A stretch of 64,000 nucleotides of DNA from a virus. Taxonomy: Duplodnaviria; Caudoviricetes. Both the position numbers and the translations under genes were made by a program. Location: positions 1 to 64,000 of IMG/VR virus record IMGVR_UViG_2713896750_000003; one strand, 5' to 3'. Below the pieces are notes generated by a model. It made no database searches, was not told where the DNA came from, and was given only the letters and a program-made list of their open reading frames with translations. Positions 39,068-48,201 of this stretch are shown here, piece by piece. Positions within the stretch are counted from its first letter, which is position 1, and every line of letters starts with the position of its first letter.

Positions 39068-40465
39068 TTACTCCTTTACACCCGCCTTTAATGTGTCACG
39101 GAATCGAATAAATCGAGGGTGTCTTAATGACCCGTCTGGGGTCTTTTGATGAGCCTGAACTTCGATAATTCGGCCAATCAACTGATCTCGATTCTTCCAA
39201 AAATCAAAGCGCTGATGCTCCTTGAGACCGGATGAAACTCGGACTTCTACCCCGTTATAGTCAACAACTAGAGCGCCAAGAACATGTTCAAATTTGGTAT
39301 CTCTTTCACCGTTCTCAAACCCGACAATCTTTAAATCTTCGGTTATTTCACCTTTCAACTTGAGAAAGTTGGCATTGCGTTTTCTTTGGTATCGGCAGTT
39401 ACGAGGCTTAATGATAATGCCCTCCTCACCACTGTCATAAAAGTAATCAAACAACGCCTGTACCGATTCGTCATTTTCCACCTCATACTGTTCATTAAGA
39501 CGCACTGAGCGAAATTTCGCGTAGTGACCGTCCTTGACAGAAACGCCTTTGATGTTAGGGTCGTCGGGCAAAATAAGATCACAACCAGCTCGAACAAAAA
39601 GAGCCTGAAAGCGCTTACGACGTTTAGGCGAAATATCGGCTTTTTTGCCGTTCTTTTCCCAGAACTCATCGTGAGTTAAAAAGTCAAACACTCGAAAGAC
39701 CGCATCCTCAATCTGAACATCTTTTCGGTGAATGTCTCCTGAGGTCTTATTAAACTCTCCAGACATGATTTCACCATCCATGTAAAACGTCCCCACTGTT
39801 TCTGGCAGAGCTAGGCGAACCAGGCTCAAAACATCCTTCTCAATTTTTTTGAACATGGGGAACACATTGCCTTCGCGTGAGCGCATGATCACTCTGTCAT
39901 GCTTCATATCAATTTCGGCAGCGCATCGAACACCGTCATACTTAACTTCTGCATCAACGGGCCATTGTTTAACATGTTTAGGGGAATAACTTTTGGCTAG
40001 CTGAACCTCAAAAAGCCAAATAATGTCTTCCCATACAGCATTAAGTGTTTTTGCAGAAAAAGACCCTCGTAAATCTTTAACCAGAATGCGTTTAAGAAGC
40101 TCCCAAGAGTCCTCACAATGACGCTCACGTAACTCTGAGATAGCGCTGAAGGCTGCTTTACCCGTCAGCTCACGCGATGAGAGCTTATCCAGTAGCGCTT
40201 TTGCGTTTTCCCAGATCAAAGCTGAGCTACCAATACCGGAAGATTTTTCAATTTGCGTAATTGTCTTTTTGCCGATATTAAACGTGATATGAGGATCAAG
40301 CGCGTAACACAGCATAGGCTTCCAAGCCGTGTCAGGGTCGGGGAAAGAAGCAAGAACGACTTCTTTCGCCTTTCCTTTTGCTGAGGCTACTTGGTTAACT
40401 TGATCGAGTAACAGAGGAAATGATTGAGGCATTGTTGTTCTCCATCTAATAATATCATTTAACAC
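39068..40465 (-). CDS. ATP-dependent DNA ligase
   Basis: EVKYDGVR (motif I), MDGEI, VFD, EGIIIK, LKLK, LRHPRF. Confidence 0.93.
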   Translation of the reverse strand: MLNDIIRWRTTMPQSFPLLLDQVNQVASAKGKAKEVVLASFPDPDTAWKPMLCYALDPHITFNIGKKTITQIEKSSGIGSSALIWENAKALLDKLSSRELTGKAAFSAISELRERHCEDSWELLKRILVKDLRGSFSAKTLNAVWEDIIWLFEVQLAKSYSPKHVKQWPVDAEVKYDGVRCAAEIDMKHDRVIMRSREGNVFPMFKKIEKDVLSLVRLALPETVGTFYMDGEIMSGEFNKTSGDIHRKDVQIEDAVFRVFDFLTHDEFWEKNGKKADISPKRRKRFQALFVRAGCDLILPDDPNIKGVSVKDGHYAKFRSVRLNEQYEVENDESVQALFDYFYDSGEEGIIIKPRNCRYQRKRNANFLKLKGEITEDLKIVGFENGERDTKFEHVLGALVVDYNGVEVRVSSGLKEHQRFDFWKNRDQLIGRIIEVQAHQKTPDGSLRHPRFIRFRDTLKAGVKE

Positions 40466-40491
40466 TTTGTGACGCGGTAACTTTGATCACT

Positions 40492-41076
40492 CTATTTGCT
40501 AGCCATTAGGCGAGCTCTCTCTAAGATGCTCATTCCTTTCAGTGAAGGAGGCGTTTTGGGTTTGGACTTCTTGTGACTCTTTACTGCCTCATCAACAGCA
40601 TCTGACAAGCTAGGCGTCGATACACCAAATACCGCCGACTTCTTTTTGGCTACTGGGGCCGATTTTCTCGGGGCGACTGGCGACTTCGATTTTGCTCTTT
40701 CTCGTTCTTCAACTTGATTCCATCCGCGCATGTAGCTAGGCGACTCTGGTTTGCTAGGAGTGGTGACGACGCTCGGCATCTTCTTCTCTGTAGGTGAGTC
40801 AAGATTCACCACCTTGATTTCGCGAGCCTTGTAAAACAGCGCTCGACCAGCCTCTTGTTCTTTCTTTTGATATTTGAGCGCCTCGCAAAGACCACGCCCT
40901 ATAAGTGAAAAACAGTCGGATGAATCGTTAAGCTTTTCCTTGTTAAAGGCGTTGATAGTAAACAGACACACACCGTAATTTGTGCGTCGGTTAAGTGACG
41001 GGCAGTAAAGGTAGCAAGAATTCTTTCCGCTCATGCTGGTTTCAACGGGAAGAACCTCTGTTGTGACAATATCCAT
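40492..41076 (-). CDS. Hypothetical protein with Cys-rich N-terminus
   Basis: AGAGG RBS; operator variant at 41108-41123. Confidence 0.55.
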   Translation of the reverse strand: MDIVTTEVLPVETSMSGKNSCYLYCPSLNRRTNYGVCLFTINAFNKEKLNDSSDCFSLIGRGLCEALKYQKKEQEAGRALFYKAREIKVVNLDSPTEKKMPSVVTTPSKPESPSYMRGWNQVEERERAKSKSPVAPRKSAPVAKKKSAVFGVSTPSLSDAVDEAVKSHKKSKPKTPPSLKGMSILERARLMASK

Positions 41077-41165
41077 ACTCGACCTCTAAAGATATAACAA
41101 GTTAGTATTAAGTACTTAGTTAGTTTATACAGCGAACGAAGGCATGAAAATATCAGCCATAGAGA

Positions 41166-41684
41166 TCAAAACATTCCCCAGCTTGCGCCCGCAAATTCCG
41201 CAGTGCTCTTTCCAACCCCTGCTTCTCGCTCTATCTTTGAAAAGTCACTTGCCTCCTCTAATTGACGCTCCATCTTTTCCTCAAAGCTCATCCCCTCTAG
41301 CTCCGAAGCCTCAGCCACGCTCGTCTCGAACCTATTTCTTAGCTTTTTGATGTTAGCGATCGTGAATCGGTACTCTGAGCCTGACATCCATCGCTCTAGC
41401 TTACTTAGATCGCCAAACTCCTCCATGACTTTAAGTGTCTCTACTCGATTACGATTAATCTTCTTGTTCTGAATTTCCTGCCACGCTCTCATCGCTTCAT
41501 CATGAGACTCGTAGCGGTCAGCCGTCATACGATGTGCATTTGTTTTACTGTTCATGCGCCAATTTCTGACGTGATAGTAAATCTTGCTTGCACCTTTCTG
41601 AATGGTAAAAACCAGGTTCACATAGTTTCTGAGGCTGCTGTCGTTCTTATCACGCAATACGCTGCCAGTAACCAGTACATTCAT
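41166..41684 (-). CDS. Hypothetical protein (WGR-like N-half possible) ending in SWGMF
   Basis: TGATG overlap with upstream gene. Confidence 0.55.
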   Translation of the reverse strand: MNVLVTGSVLRDKNDSSLRNYVNLVFTIQKGASKIYYHVRNWRMNSKTNAHRMTADRYESHDEAMRAWQEIQNKKINRNRVETLKVMEEFGDLSKLERWMSGSEYRFTIANIKKLRNRFETSVAEASELEGMSFEEKMERQLEEASDFSKIEREAGVGKSTAEFAGASWGMF

Positions 41685-42433
41685 CAAAATAACCCCCATG
41701 ACTTTTCATTCATCAATCTGGACTCACATATCAGATCGCCCAATTCTTTGTCGATTTCATTCTCAGATTCATCTTCTTCAGACTCATCCACTTTAAAAAA
41801 CTTCCACTCACCTGCGACATGCTCACTGTATCTGGTGTGCTCACCCCCTTTTGAGCTTCCCCACTCACCTAAACTTTCATCCAAATGAGCAAAATGGTCT
41901 GTTTCCGTAAAATGACCCGCGCACATAATTGTGATTGGCTTTACCACTAAGTCGTTAAATTGAGAGCCGCTCAAACCTAACTTTTCTCTAAGGCGCGCGA
42001 GGCTATCTAGCTTCATCATGGTTGAGATGTCCTTAAAGAAGAATTCAGCTATCTCAGATGCCTTTTTTGTTCGGACATCAACCTCATCTATCTCAAGCTT
42101 GGTCGTAGACGACGTTTCGCCCCTCAAACTATCCATTAATGATGGAAGCCCTTTAGGAATAATGAATTTTGAGCCGATGAGCTTCTTATCCCAGAACCGA
42201 GATTGCTCGTCTAGCCAATCAAAAGCTGGAATATCACCAACCTCGACACAAAACGGAATTTCACATCTATCTTCCTGAAAAACACTGAGCTTCCCATCAG
42301 TAACACTCTGAATAGCAATGAGAGTTGCGCCTGTTAACCCAACTGATTTTTTCTTGCCAATATGAAAAACGATGAGATTCCTGTTGGCATCAATTGCGTA
42401 ACTTTTACCTACCAGTTTGACTAAGTTTTTCAT
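41684..42433 (-). CDS. Hypothetical protein ending in SWGLF
   Basis: 249-aa ORF in operon. Confidence 0.55.
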   Translation of the reverse strand: MKNLVKLVGKSYAIDANRNLIVFHIGKKKSVGLTGATLIAIQSVTDGKLSVFQEDRCEIPFCVEVGDIPAFDWLDEQSRFWDKKLIGSKFIIPKGLPSLMDSLRGETSSTTKLEIDEVDVRTKKASEIAEFFFKDISTMMKLDSLARLREKLGLSGSQFNDLVVKPITIMCAGHFTETDHFAHLDESLGEWGSSKGGEHTRYSEHVAGEWKFFKVDESEEDESENEIDKELGDLICESRLMNEKSWGLF

Positions 42434-42491
42434 AAAAAATGATCTCTGATCTCAATGTGCAAATTATCTCTCGATATCGCAGGGGTATCTA

Positions 42492-43592
42492 TCAAGACCT
42501 ACGGTCTAGTATCGCCTTCATAAGTTTTGAACTGGTTGGGGAAGTGGCTTGGTAGTAAGCCTTTCTAACGACACTCGGCTCAACCTCGTTTGGATCTTTG
42601 TCTTTTGGCAAAATAGCCACCTTTGCGTCTAATCCAAGAGACAGAATCAACTTTGCAGCCTTAGCTGCGTCCTTTAACGCTGAAGCTTCACCGTCCCACA
42701 TTAGCACTACACGTTTTAGCCCTAAGCTTCGCATCTTAGCTAGCGTGCCGAGTTGGTCGTCTCCATTCTCGCTGCCGTGTGACAGATTTTTACCGAAAGA
42801 CCCAACTTGACCTATTCTTCTCAACGCCACATCCTCATCGAATGCTATCTTTGTGGCCATAACGTCAAACGCACCCTCACAAATTACAATTTCTTCATAT
42901 CCGGTCACATTAAACGCGTTATAAAGAAATCTCGCCGTTCCGGGCAAACCATTCGGGAACAGATATTTTCTATCGCTTATCCCGACGATATCGCGACCCT
43001 GAAAAGTGACGATGTCACCATTTAAATCAAATACGGGAATGATTATTCTCTTATCGTAGTTCTGCCATCGTCTCTTACCTTCATGGTCGTAATAGATGTA
43101 TTGACCTTTATGGCAGTAGCGTAGATGAAAGAACTTGGCTATGTCCGGCGTAATCCCTCGTTCAGTAAGATACTTGGGAATGGTGCCCTTGTAAGGAAGT
43201 TCAACACTGTCAGGTAGTTCCACTTCATCTGTCACATACTCGACTGACTTTGATGTTCTTCGCTTCGCTATCCATCCTTGTTCTTTTGCATACACCTTTA
43301 ACTTCTCGATAGTTTCAGCCGAATCCGTCTGCCAAAGATGCCGAGAGAAAGAGAACAGATTGTAGCCGGGCTCTCCAACACAAGAGCCATGAAAGCAGTT
43401 TCCAAGCCCCGTTTCTGCGTTAAGATAAACCTTCCAACCAGTACCTCCGCATCTTGGGCACTCTTTTAGGTTCAACTGAGAGCCGCTAGAGCCAAACGTT
43501 CTCTTGTAGGTTATTCCCTCATAATCAAGGAAAGTCTCTGGATCGATGTAGTCTAGAAGCTCCTTGATATCTAAATCACCGTGTCTTGCCAT
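42492..43592 (-). CDS. DNA primase (zinc finger plus TOPRIM)
   Basis: CPRCG...CFHGSC, YLTERGI, RIIIPV, FQGR, ICEGAFD, MWDGE, KDPNE. Confidence 0.9.
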   Translation of the reverse strand: MARHGDLDIKELLDYIDPETFLDYEGITYKRTFGSSGSQLNLKECPRCGGTGWKVYLNAETGLGNCFHGSCVGEPGYNLFSFSRHLWQTDSAETIEKLKVYAKEQGWIAKRRTSKSVEYVTDEVELPDSVELPYKGTIPKYLTERGITPDIAKFFHLRYCHKGQYIYYDHEGKRRWQNYDKRIIIPVFDLNGDIVTFQGRDIVGISDRKYLFPNGLPGTARFLYNAFNVTGYEEIVICEGAFDVMATKIAFDEDVALRRIGQVGSFGKNLSHGSENGDDQLGTLAKMRSLGLKRVVLMWDGEASALKDAAKAAKLILSLGLDAKVAILPKDKDPNEVEPSVVRKAYYQATSPTSSKLMKAILDRRS

Positions 43593-43685
43593 TCGTCAAA
43601 TGCTCTATTTGGGATATTCAAAATTTTTCTGATCCGATAACAAAGATGGGTCTTATAAAATGGATACTTTTCTCGACTCACTCTT

Positions 43686-43976
43686 TTAATAGCCGTATCG
43701 ATCAAAGTGCCCTGCTTCCCAGGCGTGGAATGCCAGATAAGCTGTGGATTGATATGGGTTCTTTTCTCCTGCATTTGCGCCGTACCCCTGCAAGTAAAAA
43801 TGCCTTACCTTGCCATCCAAATCTAAGCTTCGGATGAAATCAGTTTTTTGTTTTTCCTTTGCGCGCTTTACTTGAGTTCGAGAGACGGGCTTTGAAGCCC
43901 GTCCGCTCTTGATCTTTTTCTTCTTTGCCATACTGGGCTCGATAAAGCGCAGGAATGGGTCAGAATCAAACATCAT
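43686..43976 (-). CDS. Small basic protein with RMF-like C-terminal motif
   Basis: YLQGY.A...EKNPY......AWEAGH resembles ribosome modulation factor RGY.AG...CPY......WL.GW. Confidence 0.5.
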   Translation of the reverse strand: MMFDSDPFLRFIEPSMAKKKKIKSGRASKPVSRTQVKRAKEKQKTDFIRSLDLDGKVRHFYLQGYGANAGEKNPYQSTAYLAFHAWEAGHFDRYGY

Positions 43977-45331
43977 TCGTAACCAATGACCTCCGTAAGT
44001 GCGTGGCCGCGAGAAAGGTCTCGTTTGATTCGCATCGTAAATTCGCCTTTTTGGTTACGCGATGCAGCAAAGAACAAACGAGCTTCACCTTTAGCCATTT
44101 CTTCTTCGGTTGCGTTAATAGAGATGACCAAGTCAGCCGTTCGGATTTTGTTAAAGTCCTCTGCGGCGTGCTCTGCCTTAGCTGTAACTGACTTGTGCCC
44201 CTCACGGTTTGTTTGTGTGGCGGAAAGAATAGCCAACTCCTCACGTTGAGCGATCGCTCGGGTGTCTACCCATATTGTCCGTGAGTTTTCGATCTCGTTT
44301 GGCGTCCACTTGTTTGGCGCCATAATGTCTAGATAGTCAATAATGACAGCATCGAACTTGATACCCTGCGCCTTGTAGCTCTCAATCAGATTTTCAAGAT
44401 CAAGCGGTCTGAAGGTGCCGGATGGATACTCATGAAGTAGATATTTCCCCACCTTGCCACTCTCTGCTTTTTCAGAGACGGCTCTTCTAACATCAAGAAT
44501 ATGCGAACTAATGGCGTCAATTTCAGTGTCCGCTACAGATGCATCGAGACGCTCAGAAAGCACCTCTTTTGATACCTCAAGAGTCACCCCGAGCACATTC
44601 TTGCCCTGTAAAGAAATAAGCTTACCGAAGTCCCATAGAGAAAAGCTTTTACCTCTTTTCGCGCCAGCAAGTAGTACCGAAAGCTCTTTGATGCCCCAAC
44701 CTTTATGAAACAGGACTTTGTCAAGCGCAGGTATACCAGTGCTAATCCCATTCGGCTTGATTTTCCCCGACTTAACATCAACTCGATATTTGGTTCGAGA
44801 GTCGATTTCAGTCCAGTAATCATAAGGCGCTGAGTCAGCGTGCGGCCCAACCTGAAACGCCTTAGTAATCAGCTCTTCCGCCTTGTCCATGTTGTGTCGC
44901 TCTATGGCGTCTACAGCATCGAAAATGGCTTTTTGAACTGCCTGATGTCGGGCAAAATCACCAACCTGATCGATAACATAATCTCTAGCTGATATGTCGG
45001 TTGAAAATATTGCCTTTATCTTGTCCCGACACTCCTCAACCATATCCTTGCGAATTCGACCCTTCTTAATTTCGTCTTTGAACAAGGTAACAATCACACT
45101 GGATTCGCTTGGAACATGTTTGTACTTTTCGTAGTATCGGATTGCCATATCGACAATGGCCGCATCAGCCCTGCTGTCAAAGTAATTTGGTTTTAGCAAT
45201 CCCTCCGTTCGACGAGCGAATACGGAGTCACGAACCTGTAAGGCTACAATCTTCTCTTGGAACTCCGGATCAAAGTCGACAAATTTTACCGACTCTTCCT
45301 TATCAATCTCTGTCTCTAGTACTGACGACAT
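43973..45331 (-). CDS. dnaB: Replicative DNA helicase, DnaB/gp41-like
   Basis: ISTGIPALD, AGAKRGKS, TLEVS, IIDYLD, SATQTNR. Confidence 0.9.
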   Translation of the reverse strand: MSSVLETEIDKEESVKFVDFDPEFQEKIVALQVRDSVFARRTEGLLKPNYFDSRADAAIVDMAIRYYEKYKHVPSESSVIVTLFKDEIKKGRIRKDMVEECRDKIKAIFSTDISARDYVIDQVGDFARHQAVQKAIFDAVDAIERHNMDKAEELITKAFQVGPHADSAPYDYWTEIDSRTKYRVDVKSGKIKPNGISTGIPALDKVLFHKGWGIKELSVLLAGAKRGKSFSLWDFGKLISLQGKNVLGVTLEVSKEVLSERLDASVADTEIDAISSHILDVRRAVSEKAESGKVGKYLLHEYPSGTFRPLDLENLIESYKAQGIKFDAVIIDYLDIMAPNKWTPNEIENSRTIWVDTRAIAQREELAILSATQTNREGHKSVTAKAEHAAEDFNKIRTADLVISINATEEEMAKGEARLFFAASRNQKGEFTMRIKRDLSRGHALTEVIGYE

Positions 45332-45352
45332 GGGATAACCTCTAAATTACAA

Positions 45353-45634
45353 TTACGCTGCCACTCGCGCATGCTCTGAAACTGTGAAGCTATTAATGCT
45401 GTGCTTAAAAAGAACGATATCCTCACCAGAGCTTTTCTCTTTAACGATCACTGAGAACTTATCAAAACCAACTACAACGCCATAAACGCGACCATCAGTT
45501 GTATTGAAGCGCATCTGATGACCTTCTCGCTTGGCTCGAATCAGTCGCATTTCGTGCGCATCAAGCTTGCGATTCTGCTGCCCTTTTTTCTTGTGTTCGA
45601 AAGGTTTGCGATGAGTGTTATTAGAAGTTTGCAT
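45353..45634 (-). CDS. hfq: Hfq-like Sm-fold RNA chaperone
   Basis: GVVVGFDKFSVIV (Sm1) and LFKHSI (Sm2 [YF]KHAI); CAGGAG RBS. Confidence 0.75.
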   Translation of the reverse strand: MQTSNNTHRKPFEHKKKGQQNRKLDAHEMRLIRAKREGHQMRFNTTDGRVYGVVVGFDKFSVIVKEKSSGEDIVLFKHSINSFTVSEHARVAA

Positions 45635-45693
45635 CGTTTTCTCCTGTGCGATTAACTTATGAATCAAATGATATTTGTTAGTTATAGGTAAGT

Positions 45694-46482
45694 CTATACT
45701 AAGTGCTTACTTAACCTTTGGGCCGATAAAATAACCGAATCTCTAAATTTAGAACGCATCATCTGTGAAGGGATTACAGGGTTTTTAAAGCCGTACTGTG
45801 CCAAAGCGAATTCTGGATTTACTCTTGCATTAATTTGCTCGCATACCCAACTGGCGTGATCGAATTGAGAGGGGTGCCCTGACCAATTTTTCAAGCTATA
45901 AAAAGGATTAGTGGCGACAAACATCTTTTGCGTTGCCAAATCCGCCCATCTGTCGATGATGGCATTGAGGATCTCTTGAGAGTAAAGCTGAGCTGGATTT
46001 GGTGTTCTTTGCCAAATGCGGCCAATAGCGGCTTTCATTCCGCTCATACAGAACACATCATATGGGATTCCGTACTCATCGGCCTTCTGACGTGCCTTCC
46101 AAACCATAGTACAGTTGCGATAAGCAGCAATAACGCCAGTTTTCTTTTCGCGATTCAGTACATGTTGAGGCTTACCGAGAGGGTCTTTCTTTGGAAGAAA
46201 CGAACGAGGGTTGTCCCCTTCAGCCTGCTCATAATCAACATGGAGGCGAAGCATGTAGCGATAAGCTTCCTCATAGAAATGAGCAAAGAGATACGTTCGA
46301 GTCGTAGGATGAAGAAGTCGATAGTCGAACCACGCAGTGGTTGCCAGATTTGCCTCTTTCTTTAGCAAAGACGCGCTCACTCTATCTAGCGCAATCTTAT
46401 CACATTCCGTCTCGCTTAGTTCCGCACCTTTGAAGTTCTCAATCATCATCACTTTAGGCTCGCGCTCTACATAATATAACAA
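45694..46482 (-). CDS. Conserved-looking hypothetical protein of the replication module
   Basis: WFDYR.LHP, WKARQKAD..GIPY motifs; upstream of the helicase; operator at 46490-46505. Confidence 0.6.
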   Translation of the reverse strand: MLYYVEREPKVMMIENFKGAELSETECDKIALDRVSASLLKKEANLATTAWFDYRLLHPTTRTYLFAHFYEEAYRYMLRLHVDYEQAEGDNPRSFLPKKDPLGKPQHVLNREKKTGVIAAYRNCTMVWKARQKADEYGIPYDVFCMSGMKAAIGRIWQRTPNPAQLYSQEILNAIIDRWADLATQKMFVATNPFYSLKNWSGHPSQFDHASWVCEQINARVNPEFALAQYGFKNPVIPSQMMRSKFRDSVILSAQRLSKHLV

Positions 46483-46588
46483 AACAATAATAAGTATTTA
46501 CTTAATCTTATATTATATTAGTAGAGAGCGCAAAAAGTGATGACGGATGTTTAACGGGATACCTTCGGAACTTTTTGCGCTCTTTTTT

Positions 46589-46894
46589 TTACTTAATGCG
46601 AGAAGGCTCTCGTCGGACAGTGAGATCGCCGCGGTCCAATCTATCGACCAATAGCGACAGCGTTTTGTCCAACTTTCCCATCGTGTCGGCCATCTTTGAG
46701 TAATTTTCCTTACTTTCAGCCATGTCTCGACGGAGCAAGTTGTACTCGGATTGGCGAGATTTTTCTTCATTGGCAATCCGCTGGTCAAGCAGAGCAACTT
46801 TAGTATTAGTATCCAGAACCCACCCGCCCATGAAAATGACTAAGGCAGTTAGAATTCCAACGATTACATTTTGAATTGTTAATCTTCCAGCCAC
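46589..46894 (-). CDS. Single-TM coiled-coil protein, possible holin
   Basis: N-terminal TM helix followed by coiled coil; AGGAGG RBS; operator at 46961-46976. Confidence 0.5.
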   Translation of the reverse strand: MAGRLTIQNVIVGILTALVIFMGGWVLDTNTKVALLDQRIANEEKSRQSEYNLLRRDMAESKENYSKMADTMGKLDKTLSLLVDRLDRGDLTVRREPSRIK

Positions 46895-46980
46895 AGCTTT
46901 CCTCCTAACGGTTAAGCAATGACAAGAATATCATGTGGGGAGAAGGTTGGACATATAAGGTTAAGTGATTACTTAAAAAC

Positions 46981-47002
46981 AAAGCCCCAAAAATGGGGCT
47001 TT
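46981..47002 (-). terminator. Terminator at the end of the tail-fibre/modification operon
   Basis: AAAGCCCC-AAAAAT-GGGGCTTT. Confidence 0.65.
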
Positions 47003-47016
47003 GTGATTAATTAGGC

Positions 47017-47175
47017 TTATTTTTCGCATCCTGGTCGATTAAGATCCGCCATACCCGGCTGCTCTATCGTGTGACAAGGAATGCCATCATAAGTGTTTAA
47101 CTTATCCCCTTTTACTGCACAGCCTGACATAAACATTGTCGCGGCGATAACAGTGATAGTTAGTAACTTTTTCAT
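47017..47175 (-). CDS. Small lipoprotein
   Basis: MKKLL leader, MSGC lipobox, GAGGAG RBS, two further Cys. Confidence 0.7.
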   Translation of the reverse strand: MKKLLTITVIAATMFMSGCAVKGDKLNTYDGIPCHTIEQPGMADLNRPGCEK

Positions 47176-47266
47176 TGTTTTCTCCTCGTTGTTGTCAATG
47201 TGAGATAAATTTAAAATCTGATTACTGGACTTAAAAGCTCGCTCCTTGGCTGCGTTCACTAACTTA

Positions 47267-48193
47267 TTAAGTCGATAGCGACTTCGCTCTCCTCATGAAC
47301 AAATCAAACATCTCTTTGTTCTTTTCAGTTTCGATACTGACCCAGCTATCCCCTAATCGCGCTTGAATCGCATCACAATGCGTCCAAAAGCTTTCAGTGT
47401 GCATTTGTGACGCAATAAGAGAGAGGCGGGCTACATCGTTCATCCAGGGCTTGGCTTGTCCGTGAAAGTGCTGAATAACGGCCTCTCCCATTGCCATGTT
47501 TGCCTCAAGTCTCTGATTCAGAGTCATCCATTGGCAATATGACTGATCAACCATGTAATTAAAGGTGTCGGGCAACAGCGTAATCTGACCGTCAAACACA
47601 TGATTGATGTAATCTTGATCGGTTAGAACAAAATTCATGCTGTCCGCGAGGGCGTCATGATTCGGTAGCTCAGAAATCTTGGCCATGTCAAAGACCATCA
47701 CACCTGAGTTCACATAATTGATAGGGTCGCTGCACAAATCACTTCTGCGTTCGAATTCATCATTGAGATGAGGGGGAAGTGGCTTGCCCGGCGGCCACCG
47801 TCTAGCAGGTATATCTGGCGCTGCAGCCACGAGTTTACCCTTAAGATCAAAATTAAGTAGCTCGGCAGGGTCTTTGTTAACGATGGTGTCGACATCAAAA
47901 TACACCACTCTGTCGTACTTGCCGATAAAGTGATGTAAAGCGAATATTTTCAGACTCATGCCATAGAAAAAAGAGTCTGGGAAATGCGTGTTGTTTTCTC
48001 TTTGAGTTCTGTCTGTTAAAAGAATCTCTGTAATGCTTGGGTACTCTTGCTTCAGTTCGGCGATCAGACTTTCATCATCTACAAACCAGTAAAAGTCTAC
48101 CTCATTAGTGCCTTTAGCTTCCCAAGAACTCATAAAAATATGGCCGAGCGGTACGTGTTGTTCGTTCGTACAGATATACACTGCCGTTTTCAT
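47267..48193 (-). CDS. Glycosyltransferase family 8
   Basis: RVVYFDVDTIV (DxD), YVNSGVMVFD, DQDYIN, HFHGQAKPW. Confidence 0.92.
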   Translation of the reverse strand: MKTAVYICTNEQHVPLGHIFMSSWEAKGTNEVDFYWFVDDESLIAELKQEYPSITEILLTDRTQRENNTHFPDSFFYGMSLKIFALHHFIGKYDRVVYFDVDTIVNKDPAELLNFDLKGKLVAAAPDIPARRWPPGKPLPPHLNDEFERRSDLCSDPINYVNSGVMVFDMAKISELPNHDALADSMNFVLTDQDYINHVFDGQITLLPDTFNYMVDQSYCQWMTLNQRLEANMAMGEAVIQHFHGQAKPWMNDVARLSLIASQMHTESFWTHCDAIQARLGDSWVSIETEKNKEMFDLFMRRAKSLST

Positions 48194-48201
48194 GATATCT
48201 C

